A DNA stretch of 64,000 bases from Methanobacteriota archaeon (GTDB taxonomy: Archaea; Thermoplasmatota; Poseidoniia; Poseidoniales; Poseidoniaceae). Below are positions 8,632 to 19,024 of this stretch, in pieces. The stretch lies in NCBI GenBank assembly GCA_018662825.1, contig JABJFI010000039.1, positions 13,643-77,642 of the forward strand, given 5' to 3'. Below the pieces are notes generated by a model. The model worked only from the letters and a program-made list of their open reading frames with translations. It ran no database searches and was not told the DNA's origin. The position numbers and the translations under genes were made by a program. Numbering within the stretch: position 1 is the first letter of the stretch; every line of letters begins with the position of its first letter.

Positions 8632-11600
8632 GTGATACCATGTTTAACCTACCAGAAGGAACCCCGATTGAAGAAGAAATCAATGTTGGAAGCGGTACTA
8701 TTCAGCCGTTTGACCACGGCGTTATTAGTACATGGATTGGGCGTAGGAAAACGCCTGCTGGACATCGATTAGTCCGTGCTGGACGAATTGTTGGTTGGCT
8801 TTCTGAATCCGGTAAAGGCAAATTACTGCTTGCCGGTAAAGAGGCTCGACTCCGTTTGGAAGAAATTGAATCCAAGGAAAACAGTCGATATATTGCAGGT
8901 GAATATTCTCTAGCAGGCCTTGGCAGCGTCGCTCAAGTCATACCGGAAGCGTTTGAGCACGCAGCAGACCGACAAGGATTAATCGCTCGTGGCGATGCAG
9001 TCGTTCGGCTTCTTGCCCGTGACTTATCTGCAGTACTACGAGCGTTGGTTGAACGAGATACAGTTCGTGGAGCGATTGCCATTGACCAGGGCATGCTCAT
9101 CGACAGCGTTGGGGAATTGCCGAACGATGCCGAAACGCTCGCACGAGAAATCCATTCCACCCTTGAAGCAATGAATATCAGTATTGTCGAAGATGACAGC
9201 ATTACTAACGGAAGTCATTGGACCATGCACCACGAGGGCGGTTCACTTCTTCTTGCTCAGGCAGGCGATGTTTCGCTTGGTGTTTGGACTGAAGCCAATA
9301 CAAATCATGCTCGATTAATCTCTGCAGCAGCAGCAGTTCTCGAAGGTGAACTCGGTGCAGTAGGTGCATCTGGAGGGCCATTGCCGGATGGATTCGTTCT
9401 TCGTGAAGGTCGAGGCGGTCCCGATGCCATCCTCTCTATGCTTACTGCTGGTGTGAAGGAAGAAGTCACTGGACATCTTCAATCCGGTCAATCATCTACT
9501 TCAGTCTCGGTACTGTTGGCTCGAGGTGTGCCGGTTGGGATATCTGCTCCTGAAGGTCAATCCTTGGAAGAAGCCATGCTTACATTCACCGATTCCTCTC
9601 GAATTCTCAAACTTCACCGTTTGCCAGTAGGCACTATTGTTTCACGTGATTCGGGAACGGTTGAAGAGTTCCGTCTCGATGATTTCTATGAATTGCTGGT
9701 CACCCTTCGAACTCGTTCAGAGAGTCGACGTGCAAACCTCAAGAGTAAACTCATCGATTTATTTGGATTTGAAATCGGAATGGAACAATTGAGGAAGAAT
9801 CGCTCCAGTGCAACCTTCTCTGAAACCGTTGAAGTGGTAAGTGGTGGATTGCCTGGTGAGGCCGCTCAAACCTTGGCCGTTGATTCGGGGTTGCGTCGAA
9901 GATTAGAATCTGCTGAGCATAAAATCAATGATTTGGAAAAGGAAAAGGCTGCTCTTGCAAGCCGACTAGAAGAAGCACAATCTGGGAAGAAAGCCGCACA
10001 AATTCTTGCACGTGAAGCATCTGAATCTCGACAAGAGTTCTTGACCAAGGTCGAATCATCCAACTCTTCGCTCGATTCATTGCAACTTGACTTGGCTGAA
10101 TCCCGTGCTGCTTCTGAACAAGCAGAAAACCGAGCTGAACGATTAGTAAAACGTGTCAATGAACTCGAACATCAAGTAAGTGTTCGTGCTGCTGAACTTG
10201 CTAAGGCACTTGGCGATGCCTCATCAAGTGAAACATTGCGTTCTGCAATTGAAGAATTGTCTTTGAAAGAAGCACAATTGAATGCTGATCTTCTCGCAGG
10301 AAGTGAACGCCTATCCACAATACGACAACAGTCCGAAGACGATGAGCGCCGACTACGTGTCCTTCAAGAGCAAGTTGAAGCAACACGCGAACGTCATACC
10401 CGTGTACAGGCAGAATCAATGCTTCTTGAAGAAAAAATCCACACTCAAACATCCGAATTAGAATCAATTGATGCTGAAGCAAAGGCTTCTCGTCGTCGTT
10501 CTGAAGAGGACCGCACCAGACTTAGTACTGATGAAGCTCGCCAAGCACAAGTTCAGGCCGAGATGCGTGAATTGATGACTGAACGCCGTCAAACCTTACG
10601 GGAACTCGGCGATTTAGGAGCACGTCGCGGCCATGCCGAAGCCGAACTCATCTCACTGGTTGAAAGGGCTGAAGCCCTCTCACAAGCTCACGAAGATGCA
10701 CTTTCAGACATTCAGGAAGCAGAACGCCTGCGGGCTCGTCTTGCTGAAGAACCATTGGCTCAGGCCTTACTCGATGATGCTACGACTTTCGATGGACTTG
10801 GTCCAGTTCTTGAACGCCTGGAAAATGCTCGAGCACTTGGCTACTCAGTAACTCTTCTAGACCGAGCAGTTGAACGTGGTTTACAAGTTATTCAATCGAC
10901 AGTCGACCATGTTGCTGCAACACCCCGTCACCTTCTTTCTAGTGAAGTTATGACTTTGCTCGAGCGCCAAGTACCTCAAACAGCAGGTGCAGTCCGGGGA
11001 CTTGCTCGTTGGTCTGTTCAACAAAGACTTGAACATCAACTCGGCGAAACAGTCGGTCATGTTGTGATTGACTTGGAACATTTACTCGAAGACTTCGACC
11101 GTTCAATAACCATGTTGCGCCGACTAAGGAATGTTTTGGAGCAACTAGTCCGACTAGGAGCGCCGCCTCAGGAAGTTGAAGCTTTACTCAATAATTGCAC
11201 TCGTCCTGAAGCATTGCCGAGTATCGCACAAGCCACACGGAAGTTGATTCAAGTTGCACTTGATGACATTTATCTTGAAGCCGACCAAAGAGATGCTGGT
11301 GAAGCAATTGCCCTCGAAGAAACTGCACGTGTTTTGGAAGAATTAATCACTCAACTCGATGCATCAGGACTTGCGGATGGTGTCCCACGTGGAATGCTTT
11401 GGGAGTTTCAACGCGATGGCTTGTTGCCCTATGAACGCAACACTATCCCTGATGCACAACGAACGCCGGTTGAAGAAGAAATGTTAATCGACATGGGTTC
11501 TTCACTTGCCGGAAATGTTCCTGTTTCATTGGATGCTGTTGAAAAGCAAGCAACAACTGATGATGCTGGTTGGGAAAACATGCCAGTTCCAGTCGATGAA

Positions 11601-11813
11601 ATCGATGAAAACGAGGCATTGATTACTCCAGAGGCAGTTGTTGCTACTCCGTCCAATGCATCGCTTAATCAAAGCGATGAGCGTGCAGAACTAGAAGCGG
11701 AATTAGCGCGTTTAGACGCTTCATGGAATCATCGCCAAGAACCCGCGGCTGAACAAGCAGTTGACCCTGCATTAGCCGCACTTGAGGCACGATTATCCGG
11801 TCTTGATTTCTAA
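8628..11813 (+). CDS. Giant (about 1060 aa) Roadblock-domain plus long coiled-coil protein; function unknown
   Basis: The start overlaps the upstream stop (ATGTGA/GTG); an alternative ATG lies at 8640. Residues ~125-235 resemble Roadblock/LC7 (VRGAIAIDQGMLIDSVGELPND...LLLAQAGDVSLGVW). Residues ~250-340 may be PATAN/DUF4388-like. An uninterrupted heptad-rich coiled coil of about 290 aa spans about nt 9900-10770. It ends in a helical C-terminal domain and an acidic tail. Confidence 0.6.
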   Translation: MSDTMFNLPEGTPIEEEINVGSGTIQPFDHGVISTWIGRRKTPAGHRLVRAGRIVGWLSESGKGKLLLAGKEARLRLEEIESKENSRYIAGEYSLAGLGSVAQVIPEAFEHAADRQGLIARGDAVVRLLARDLSAVLRALVERDTVRGAIAIDQGMLIDSVGELPNDAETLAREIHSTLEAMNISIVEDDSITNGSHWTMHHEGGSLLLAQAGDVSLGVWTEANTNHARLISAAAAVLEGELGAVGASGGPLPDGFVLREGRGGPDAILSMLTAGVKEEVTGHLQSGQSSTSVSVLLARGVPVGISAPEGQSLEEAMLTFTDSSRILKLHRLPVGTIVSRDSGTVEEFRLDDFYELLVTLRTRSESRRANLKSKLIDLFGFEIGMEQLRKNRSSATFSETVEVVSGGLPGEAAQTLAVDSGLRRRLESAEHKINDLEKEKAALASRLEEAQSGKKAAQILAREASESRQEFLTKVESSNSSLDSLQLDLAESRAASEQAENRAERLVKRVNELEHQVSVRAAELAKALGDASSSETLRSAIEELSLKEAQLNADLLAGSERLSTIRQQSEDDERRLRVLQEQVEATRERHTRVQAESMLLEEKIHTQTSELESIDAEAKASRRRSEEDRTRLSTDEARQAQVQAEMRELMTERRQTLRELGDLGARRGHAEAELISLVERAEALSQAHEDALSDIQEAERLRARLAEEPLAQALLDDATTFDGLGPVLERLENARALGYSVTLLDRAVERGLQVIQSTVDHVAATPRHLLSSEVMTLLERQVPQTAGAVRGLARWSVQQRLEHQLGETVGHVVIDLEHLLEDFDRSITMLRRLRNVLEQLVRLGAPPQEVEALLNNCTRPEALPSIAQATRKLIQVALDDIYLEADQRDAGEAIALEETARVLEELITQLDASGLADGVPRGMLWEFQRDGLLPYERNTIPDAQRTPVEEEMLIDMGSSLAGNVPVSLDAVEKQATTDDAGWENMPVPVDEIDENEALITPEAVVATPSNASLNQSDERAELEAELARLDASWNHRQEPAAEQAVDPALAALEARLSGLDF

Positions 11814-11824
11814 GGTGTGATACG

Positions 11825-12067
11825 ATGTCATCTGAAACAACCACCCTTTTGCATCGCGAAGAGTTGCAAGGAAGGCGATATCCATTGTATATCGAACGTC
11901 TCCTTCTAGTATTGGTCTTGATTGGAATCTATGTTCTTCACCCGAAGGTTGTCTCATTGATTGATGGGACATTAGGTATGCTTGTAGCATGGTGTGGGTT
12001 GCCGTTATTTTTACTTCTATGCGCAGAAATGATTGGGCGCCTTGTCCAATCAATGCACAAGGATTGA
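11825..12067 (+). CDS. Small two-TM membrane protein
   Basis: 80-aa ORF starting 12 nt after the giant gene. It has two clear hydrophobic helices (LLLVLVLIGIYVL; MLVAWCGLPLFLLLCAEMI). Confidence 0.45.
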   Translation: MSSETTTLLHREELQGRRYPLYIERLLLVLVLIGIYVLHPKVVSLIDGTLGMLVAWCGLPLFLLLCAEMIGRLVQSMHKD

Positions 12068-12071
12068 ATCA

Positions 12072-13286
12072 TCAAATATCTACGATTTCTTTCGACTGAG
12101 AACTTTCATCTTGTGTGCGCCGCGCATAGATGAATCCCCATATACGCTCCCATGGCACAAAGAATCTGAGGAGTGCCATGATACTCAAGAACATCGCAGC
12201 AGAAATGACCAAGCCATATGTCAGTGAGAGTTCAATAGATTCTGAAATCTGTCCAGCCCACTGACTACCCGTTGAATCTTTGACAAGATCTAAAAGAACG
12301 CTGTGGAAACCAAGAGCGACCATTGTCGCAATTCCAGTCAAGCCAAGGAAACCAAAAGTGTGCCTGAGATGGGTGTTGAGAACATTATCCATTTGTCGAA
12401 CATATTCTGGGTCACGCTTACATGACTCAGGTAGGCGGTATGCATATTCCAAATACCGTATTACACCAAACGCTGATTCTTGGAAAACCATGATGAGAAC
12501 AGCAATCATGATGAGGGCGAATTGTTCCTTTGTCACCAACATCAATCCAAATATGCCAATGGTGGGTTCACTAAATTGTGCACCGATAGCACTCACCGAA
12601 TTGCCATAATCTCCAAGTTGGCCGTTGATTAGAGGGAATGCAAGTATTGCATGGATACCAAGGAACAGGAGAGTAAATCCAATCGCCCAAGCAATTGAGC
12701 GACGAGAAAGTCCCCAAATCCCCCGCACACCCATAATAACCGGTAAGAGGTAAAGGAAGAGAATCATCAAAGACAAAATCATCAATAATGGCCATTCCAA
12801 AGTACTCAATTCGCTGGTGTTTGGTAATCTTAAGTCAAAACTAAACAACATTCCTGTGAGCCATGAAAGTAAGAGTTGGCCGACTAGAACGACGATGAGT
12901 GTGATGATGAAACCCAATTTCACTCGTTGCTGAATGACCGGTGTTTGGAAGGCAAGGAAAGCCATACCTCCACCAAACGCTAGTCCGAGAATCAATGGCA
13001 CAAAGAAACGTGTTAACCCCGTTCTTCCTTCCCCTGTAATCCAATCGCCAATCGGTAATTGGTCCCCAATGAGAATCTCGATGGTGTCAAAAAGCATGGT
13101 ATGGTCGATTGAGCCGACGACATAGGTCGAAACGACTTCTAGATACATGCCTATCAAAGCGATAGTAGCAATCACTTGGAGAGTGATGATTTGCCACTGC
13201 TTTCTCAGCATTTTCAAATGTAATGTACGTGGGCGGATTTCACCACTAATGGTGACGTCTCCTTGGAGTCCTACATCATCTGCCAT
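12072..13286 (-). CDS. Polytopic membrane protein, last gene of the DUF58 operon
   Basis: 404 aa with about 9-10 hydrophobic helices. Its start lies 2 nt after the stop of the DUF58 gene. Confidence 0.55.
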   Translation of the reverse strand: MADDVGLQGDVTISGEIRPRTLHLKMLRKQWQIITLQVIATIALIGMYLEVVSTYVVGSIDHTMLFDTIEILIGDQLPIGDWITGEGRTGLTRFFVPLILGLAFGGGMAFLAFQTPVIQQRVKLGFIITLIVVLVGQLLLSWLTGMLFSFDLRLPNTSELSTLEWPLLMILSLMILFLYLLPVIMGVRGIWGLSRRSIAWAIGFTLLFLGIHAILAFPLINGQLGDYGNSVSAIGAQFSEPTIGIFGLMLVTKEQFALIMIAVLIMVFQESAFGVIRYLEYAYRLPESCKRDPEYVRQMDNVLNTHLRHTFGFLGLTGIATMVALGFHSVLLDLVKDSTGSQWAGQISESIELSLTYGLVISAAMFLSIMALLRFFVPWERIWGFIYARRTQDESSQSKEIVDI

Positions 13287-13287
13287 C

Positions 13288-14541
13288 TTAGTACCCCCTC
13301 ACTTGCATCAATGCCTGAGACAAATCCATGTCCGGCATCCAATCGATGACCATGGCTCCCGAGCCAGCTAAAGTTGTCAAACGGTTTTGACGTTCAAGTT
13401 TGAGAACTTCATAGGACATACGAGGAATACGACTCACCAAGCGTTCAAAGTCAATACTTGAAGGCGAGAGGACGGTTACTTCATGGCCACGCCCAACAAG
13501 ATCCCGAACAGCAGCAGGTACTGTCCCATCACCTTCACACGAAGAAATAATGAAAACAGGACTTCCTCGACTGAAACGGCCACTCAATGAATTGGTCACT
13601 GCTTGAAGTGGCATAGTACCTTTAGGAGAGACGCCAGCAAGTGCACTTAGGATCTTAAAATATTGTTTATCACCGGTATCAGGTGGGAGATAGGAAAGGT
13701 TGTCATCAAAGATGGCTAAGGCAACAGAATCACGTCGTTTGAGGAAGAATGCTGCGAGGCTTGCCGCAGATACAGTACCCATTTCGAGTGGATTTTTCAG
13801 AACAGTTCCGATTCTAGCAATATCTCGGCTATCCAAGAGAATATACAGGTCAGTTACCGCATCACGACACTTTTCATTGACCATCAATTCACCCGTTCGA
13901 GCAAAAGCTTTCCAGTTAATGTTCTTGAAAGGGTCACCAGGGACATATTCACGAAGTGAATAAAATTCGGAACCTTGTCCAGGGGTTCTTAGAGTAGTAG
14001 CCCCAGTATACATTTTCGGTGTTCTAGAGCGAAGGAATGCTTCTTCTACTTCTTTGATTTGAGGGAATATGACGATGTCACTGTGATGATCAACAAACAT
14101 TTCATCCACACCAAGATTGAATGTGTTTTGAGAACGAAGCGATACCGGTCCAATCGAATAGTGGCCTCTTAACGGGCAACGTAGAACATATCGAATCCGA
14201 GCACTTTCTCCAGGGCGCAGATTCAAACGCATTTGATTAAGGCCACTTCGAAGTTTCATTTCATGTGGGATGTTATCGTAAACTTCCAACAATTGCGTGT
14301 TTCGGTTTGAACGATTCGTAACCAATAATTCGACATATAAATCATCGCCTTTGTATAGATTATCAGCCGAGAGAGTTCGTTGAACTTCTACATCACCATG
14401 TCCGGATATCCAAGAATTCACCACAATAAATGCAATGAATGAAATTCCAAGAATCATCATTTGAAGATTAGCAATCATCATGCCGATAAGAATCAGCGCA
14501 ATGCCGCCAGTGAAAGTGAATGATGCCTTACGCGTCCACAT
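13288..14541 (-). CDS. DUF58-family protein (vWA-like, normally a MoxR partner)
   Basis: Has an N-terminal pair of TM helices and the signature LREYVPGDPFKNINWKAFARTGELMVNE, typical of DUF58. The C-terminal region is vWA-like. Confidence 0.75.
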   Translation of the reverse strand: MWTRKASFTFTGGIALILIGMMIANLQMMILGISFIAFIVVNSWISGHGDVEVQRTLSADNLYKGDDLYVELLVTNRSNRNTQLLEVYDNIPHEMKLRSGLNQMRLNLRPGESARIRYVLRCPLRGHYSIGPVSLRSQNTFNLGVDEMFVDHHSDIVIFPQIKEVEEAFLRSRTPKMYTGATTLRTPGQGSEFYSLREYVPGDPFKNINWKAFARTGELMVNEKCRDAVTDLYILLDSRDIARIGTVLKNPLEMGTVSAASLAAFFLKRRDSVALAIFDDNLSYLPPDTGDKQYFKILSALAGVSPKGTMPLQAVTNSLSGRFSRGSPVFIISSCEGDGTVPAAVRDLVGRGHEVTVLSPSSIDFERLVSRIPRMSYEVLKLERQNRLTTLAGSGAMVIDWMPDMDLSQALMQVRGY

Positions 14542-14550
14542 AATATCACC

Positions 14551-16185
14551 TCAAGTGCGCCCCCACGCTTTGATTCGTTTGACAACAGCAACAGTCTGTT
14601 CAAGTGAATATTTTGTTGGTTCAATTGCAAATTTTGCCAACACAGGGTCATTGATGAGCGTTACAAGTTCCCGAGCTGGCATCGCATGGAACTCTTCACG
14701 ACTCAAACCATTTTGGTTACGAACCTTAGAAAGGAACACTTGGCGAATTTTGTCTGTTTTTGCATAGTAAGTGTATCTGTTTGCATCTCCAAATCCATAG
14801 TAGATGATACTGAACACGTGACGCCAAGGCTCAGGATCTCTTTTCTTGATAAGAACCGCTTCAAAGGCGATAAAGAGGAGAAGGAATAACAACAGCATTG
14901 CCAATCCTTCACCGGTGAAATAGACCAAGAGGAAGTAAACAGTATTGTAAGAATCTGCAACTAAGGCATTTTGTGGATGCCGTGATTCATCAAAAATGAC
15001 CATTGCGTTTTCTGCAGGTTGCCCTTCTTCTCCAATATTGGTCGACATCAATGCTTCAGCAATAAAATCCATAGCCCATTTCCGATTATCATTTTCAGGA
15101 ATACACTTTTCATTTGAGGTGACACATTCGTTGGAGCCATACAATGGATTATTTGGGTCATTGAAACCTTCATAGTCATAAATAGCATTAATCAATGCTG
15201 AACCATCGGCCATAAACACAATTCGTCCACCATCATTAGGGTCGCATGATTTCCGAGCGCATGCTTCAATGCTCAAATTGAATTGACCCCACAAATCGGG
15301 TGTTTCAGATGTTATCTCATTGCCCACCCAAATCTCACCATCACCATTTACATCGACGGTTGCTTCGTTACTTGTTACAGCACGAATAGAAACTTCTGAG
15401 AGGGCACCGTTAACGCCAGGGATAAGTTCCAATGCAGTGATGTTATTGAGCAATAATTGATAGGTCGCATTGTATTGAATTTCACCATTCTTCCAATGTT
15501 GAGTGCACAAGCCAGCATCTTCGAGCGGCATAATTTCGCCGTCTAACAAACTACAAGGATGTGCCCCTTCTCCATTCAAACCACTCCACCTTTGGTGGAC
15601 TGAGACGGTTTCAGGGTCAATGCTGCTTCCATTCATGCCACATGGGGTTGCTTGAATACACATCCAAATATAGTTGTAATCGAGTTCTTCGACATAGGTT
15701 GTGTCATAGAGTTGGTAGCCAGTATATCGGACTCCATAGGCTTGAGCAATACTTCCAGCAAAGCCATAATCATCAAGGACCAAGGCAGTTCCACCAGCAT
15801 CAACAAATTCTACAATCGCATCAATTTCTGAGGGAGAGTAACCATCTTCAGCGGCGATTGTGATGAAGCCATCGCTGTCAAACTGGGGCAATGAAAGCGT
15901 GTCACGCTCAACTCCAGCAAGAATATAGGTCGTATTTCGTGGATCTTCAATATCAGCCAGTAAGAGGGGGCTACTCACCAACGAGCTGGTTTGAATGCCC
16001 ATGTCTTTGATGTCTTGTCGGAATGCTGACATATCATTCCAGTCGTCATCATAGGCAGAGAGTTGGTTTGTATTGGAAAGGTTAACAAAATTGAGTAAAA
16101 TACTCATCAACAAAAGAACCATTACAAGCCAGAATGCGGCTTGAAGACCGATTCTCCGGTAATTGAGATTTATGTTGTCGAGCAT
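14551..16185 (-). CDS. Membrane-anchored extracellular protein, DUF4350-like
   Basis: Has an N-terminal TM and a large Cys-containing ectodomain with the segment GGTALVLDDYGFAGS. A second TM (LAMLLLFLLLFIAFEAVLI) is followed by a cytoplasmic tail. The family assignment is tentative. Confidence 0.45.
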   Translation of the reverse strand: MLDNINLNYRRIGLQAAFWLVMVLLLMSILLNFVNLSNTNQLSAYDDDWNDMSAFRQDIKDMGIQTSSLVSSPLLLADIEDPRNTTYILAGVERDTLSLPQFDSDGFITIAAEDGYSPSEIDAIVEFVDAGGTALVLDDYGFAGSIAQAYGVRYTGYQLYDTTYVEELDYNYIWMCIQATPCGMNGSSIDPETVSVHQRWSGLNGEGAHPCSLLDGEIMPLEDAGLCTQHWKNGEIQYNATYQLLLNNITALELIPGVNGALSEVSIRAVTSNEATVDVNGDGEIWVGNEITSETPDLWGQFNLSIEACARKSCDPNDGGRIVFMADGSALINAIYDYEGFNDPNNPLYGSNECVTSNEKCIPENDNRKWAMDFIAEALMSTNIGEEGQPAENAMVIFDESRHPQNALVADSYNTVYFLLVYFTGEGLAMLLLFLLLFIAFEAVLIKKRDPEPWRHVFSIIYYGFGDANRYTYYAKTDKIRQVFLSKVRNQNGLSREEFHAMPARELVTLINDPVLAKFAIEPTKYSLEQTVAVVKRIKAWGRT

Positions 16186-16309
16186 AAGTTCACCTTCTAG
16201 AGCACTGTTCCGACATAGCCACGTGATACATTGGGTTTAGAAGGTTGTTATTGCGTGGGAGGTAAATGCTCATCGATGGAGGAAATATTTAGGGCACAAA
16301 TATACCTTT

Positions 16310-16549
16310 TTATCGCTTTAAATGAACTTTTGAGGCAATTCGTGCAACTTCATCAACAGGGATTTCCATCAACCCGTCAGCCATCTCCCAAGGTAGTACA
16401 GTTGGGTCGAGGTTTTCTTCGATTTTTACTCTGATTCCTGAAATTGAACCAGATTGTTTGTCAAAGATAATATCTCGTAGTATGCCAAGGAGTTGACTGT
16501 GAGAGTCGATGACTTCACGACCAACAATTTCACGAGCAAAGACAGCCAT
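16310..16549 (-). CDS. PRC-barrel domain protein
   Basis: 79 aa. The segment REIVGREVIDSHSQLLGILRDIIFDKQSGSISGIRV is typical of small archaeal PRC-barrel proteins. Confidence 0.55.
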   Translation of the reverse strand: MAVFAREIVGREVIDSHSQLLGILRDIIFDKQSGSISGIRVKIEENLDPTVLPWEMADGLMEIPVDEVARIASKVHLKR

Positions 16550-16620
16550 TCACTTCATCCCTCAGTTACATACCTACCACATCGATGCAGCACATCAATG
16601 CGTCGATTCAAGGGGCGTCC

Positions 16621-18846
16621 TCACATCGTTTCCATTCCGAATCCGGTGTCGCGGGTTCGCTTGATATTGGAGAGTCCAGAGGTCAGCAAAGTTTCCATCT
16701 TTTGATAGTAAGCAAGCATTTCTGGATTCACGGTTGGGCGGACTCTCTTAATCGCTTCTTCGAAATGGGTCTTAGTGACCTTTTTCTTATTTGCGCGCAT
16801 ACAGATGAGTGCCGCTTCACGACAAACCGCTTCAATGTCTGCTCCAGTGAATCCGTCAAGTCCACCAATGATATCTTTGAGAGAGAATTTCGACAACGGC
16901 ATACCTTGGCTATGAATATTGAAGATGACTTCCCGTGCTGATGCATCTGGAGGAGGGACATGTAGTACACGCTCAAATCGTCCGCTACGAAGAAGTGCGG
17001 GGTCAATCATTTCTGGTCGATTAGTTGCTGCCACAATAATAACACCATCCAGAGATTCAACACCATCCATGCTCGCTAGCAACTGGTTGACAACTCGATT
17101 GCCAACATCGCTACCCTCGGTTCCTGAAGATGAACGCATGCTTGCGATTGATTCAAACTCATCTAAGAAGATAATTGCTGGAGCGGATTGTTTCGCTTTC
17201 TTGAAAATTTCACGAATACCCCGTTCGGATTCTCCAACCCATTTAGAAATCATTTCAGGGCCTTTGATACTGATAAAATTCGCTTGTGCTTCGTTGGCAA
17301 TTGCCTTGGCAAGTAGAGTTTTCCCAGTCCCAGGTGCGCCGAATAGAACAATTCCTCTCGGTGGTTTGATTCCAAAGTGTTCAAAGAGCTCTGGTTTGGT
17401 GAGTGGCCATTCAACGGATTCTTTGAGCCTATCTTTGACTTCTTCTAAGCCGCCGACTTCATCCCATGTTACTTTTGGAATTTCGACATAAATTTCTCTA
17501 AGTGCTGAAGGTTCAATGTCCTTAATAGCCTCGCGGAAATCATCCATTCTAACTTCCATCTTTTCGAGAACTTCAGGAGGTATTGTTTCCTCTTCCAAAT
17601 CGATTTCCGGCAGATAACGTCGTAGAGCCTTCATTGCGGATTCTCGAACTAGTGCTGCCAAATCTGCTCCGACAAACCCATAGGTATTGTCGAGAACCCA
17701 ATTGATTTCAAAATCATCGGAAATTGGCATTTGGCGAGTATGAACATCCATGATTTCACTGCGACCATCACGGTCTGGTACTCCGATTTCTATTTCCCGG
17801 TCAAAACGTCCAGGCCGGCGTAACGCAGGGTCCAAAGCATCTCGGCGATTGGTGGCACCAATGACGACAACATTGTCTCGGCCTTGCATACCATCCATGA
17901 GTGTTAACATCTGAGCAACAACTCGTCGTTCTACCTCCCCACTTACATCTTCTCGCTTAGGGCAAATGGAATCAATTTCATCAATGAAGATAATCGCTGG
18001 AGCATTTTCAGCGGCTTCATCAAAAATTTCTCGAAGTTGCTTTTCCGATTCACCGTAGTACTTGGAGATAATTTCGGGGCCGTTAATACTCTTGAAGTGA
18101 GCATTCACTTCTGTTGCAACAGCTTTGGCAATCATCGTCTTACCAGTGCCTGGGGGGCCATGAAGAAGAACTCCCTTAGGCGGGTCAATACCAAGACGAC
18201 GGAATAATTCAGGATGTTTAAGTGGTAGTTCAATCATTTCACGCACTTTTTGTAATTGCTGCCCGATTCCACCAACGTCTTCGTAGGTAATGCCTTCTGA
18301 TTGTCCAACATCGACATCGTCCACTGCTTCGTCTTTGATGACAATATCAGTGTCGTTGGTGACCTTGACAATGCCCTTTGGAGTTGTTTGAATAACTGCA
18401 AATGGTAGGGCTTCAGCAAACAAAGTCATTCCAGGGATGAAGATTCTATCACCTTGGACGACCGGTCGCTTGGAAAGACCTCTTCGAGCAAAACCTTCGA
18501 TACCAGGTCCGAACTTGACTTTTTGTTTATTTGCCATTACGGGAGAAAGAATAAGTTTGGTACATTCTTTGGCTTCGACTTTGCTAACAGTGACGCGGTC
18601 GCCAAGACTGACTCCAGCATTTTTACGAATAATACCATCAACGCGAATGATTTCCATTTTAGCATCTTCAGGTCTACTCCGCCAATAAATTGCAGCAGTT
18701 GAACGCTTTTCACCCTTTATTTCGACGATATCACCGGGTTTTAACCCAAGATCATTTTCACCAGAAATACGAGCCCTTCCATGACCTACATCCGATGGAA
18801 TTGCTTTAGATACACGTAACGACATTGTTTTCTCATCTTTCGCCAT
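16621..18846 (-). CDS. cdc48: Cdc48/VCP/p97-type AAA+ ATPase
   Basis: Has a double-psi-barrel N-domain and two AAA modules. Each module carries Walker [17 protein letters not shown], Walker [17 protein letters not shown], and second-region-of-homology arginines. Confidence 0.95.
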   Translation of the reverse strand: MAKDEKTMSLRVSKAIPSDVGHGRARISGENDLGLKPGDIVEIKGEKRSTAAIYWRSRPEDAKMEIIRVDGIIRKNAGVSLGDRVTVSKVEAKECTKLILSPVMANKQKVKFGPGIEGFARRGLSKRPVVQGDRIFIPGMTLFAEALPFAVIQTTPKGIVKVTNDTDIVIKDEAVDDVDVGQSEGITYEDVGGIGQQLQKVREMIELPLKHPELFRRLGIDPPKGVLLHGPPGTGKTMIAKAVATEVNAHFKSINGPEIISKYYGESEKQLREIFDEAAENAPAIIFIDEIDSICPKREDVSGEVERRVVAQMLTLMDGMQGRDNVVVIGATNRRDALDPALRRPGRFDREIEIGVPDRDGRSEIMDVHTRQMPISDDFEINWVLDNTYGFVGADLAALVRESAMKALRRYLPEIDLEEETIPPEVLEKMEVRMDDFREAIKDIEPSALREIYVEIPKVTWDEVGGLEEVKDRLKESVEWPLTKPELFEHFGIKPPRGIVLFGAPGTGKTLLAKAIANEAQANFISIKGPEMISKWVGESERGIREIFKKAKQSAPAIIFLDEFESIASMRSSSGTEGSDVGNRVVNQLLASMDGVESLDGVIIVAATNRPEMIDPALLRSGRFERVLHVPPPDASAREVIFNIHSQGMPLSKFSLKDIIGGLDGFTGADIEAVCREAALICMRANKKKVTKTHFEEAIKRVRPTVNPEMLAYYQKMETLLTSGLSNIKRTRDTGFGMETM

Positions 18847-19024
18847 ATTTTCACTTCCTTTGTTGAATCGTCGAGCCTATTTAACGATGGGCTGACCGGC
18901 TCTGCTCTGTTCGTTTCCGCCGACCCCCTTTTAACCTTAAGTTAAGAATTCATGGACTATACCAAGAAAATTCTCTTTCAAATATGTCCATCAATTTCAA
19001 GAGGGGCGTTCCGTTGGCTGTGTC

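Noticed and set aside
16919-17491. 190-aa plus-strand ORF inside the Cdc48 gene. Similar antisense ORFs lie at 18437-18702, 16585-16941 and 16728-17006.
   Set aside because: It lies entirely antisense to, or in an alternate frame of, a gene with unmistakable AAA+ motifs. Its low-complexity Ser/Pro/Arg-rich translation is typical of shadow ORFs.
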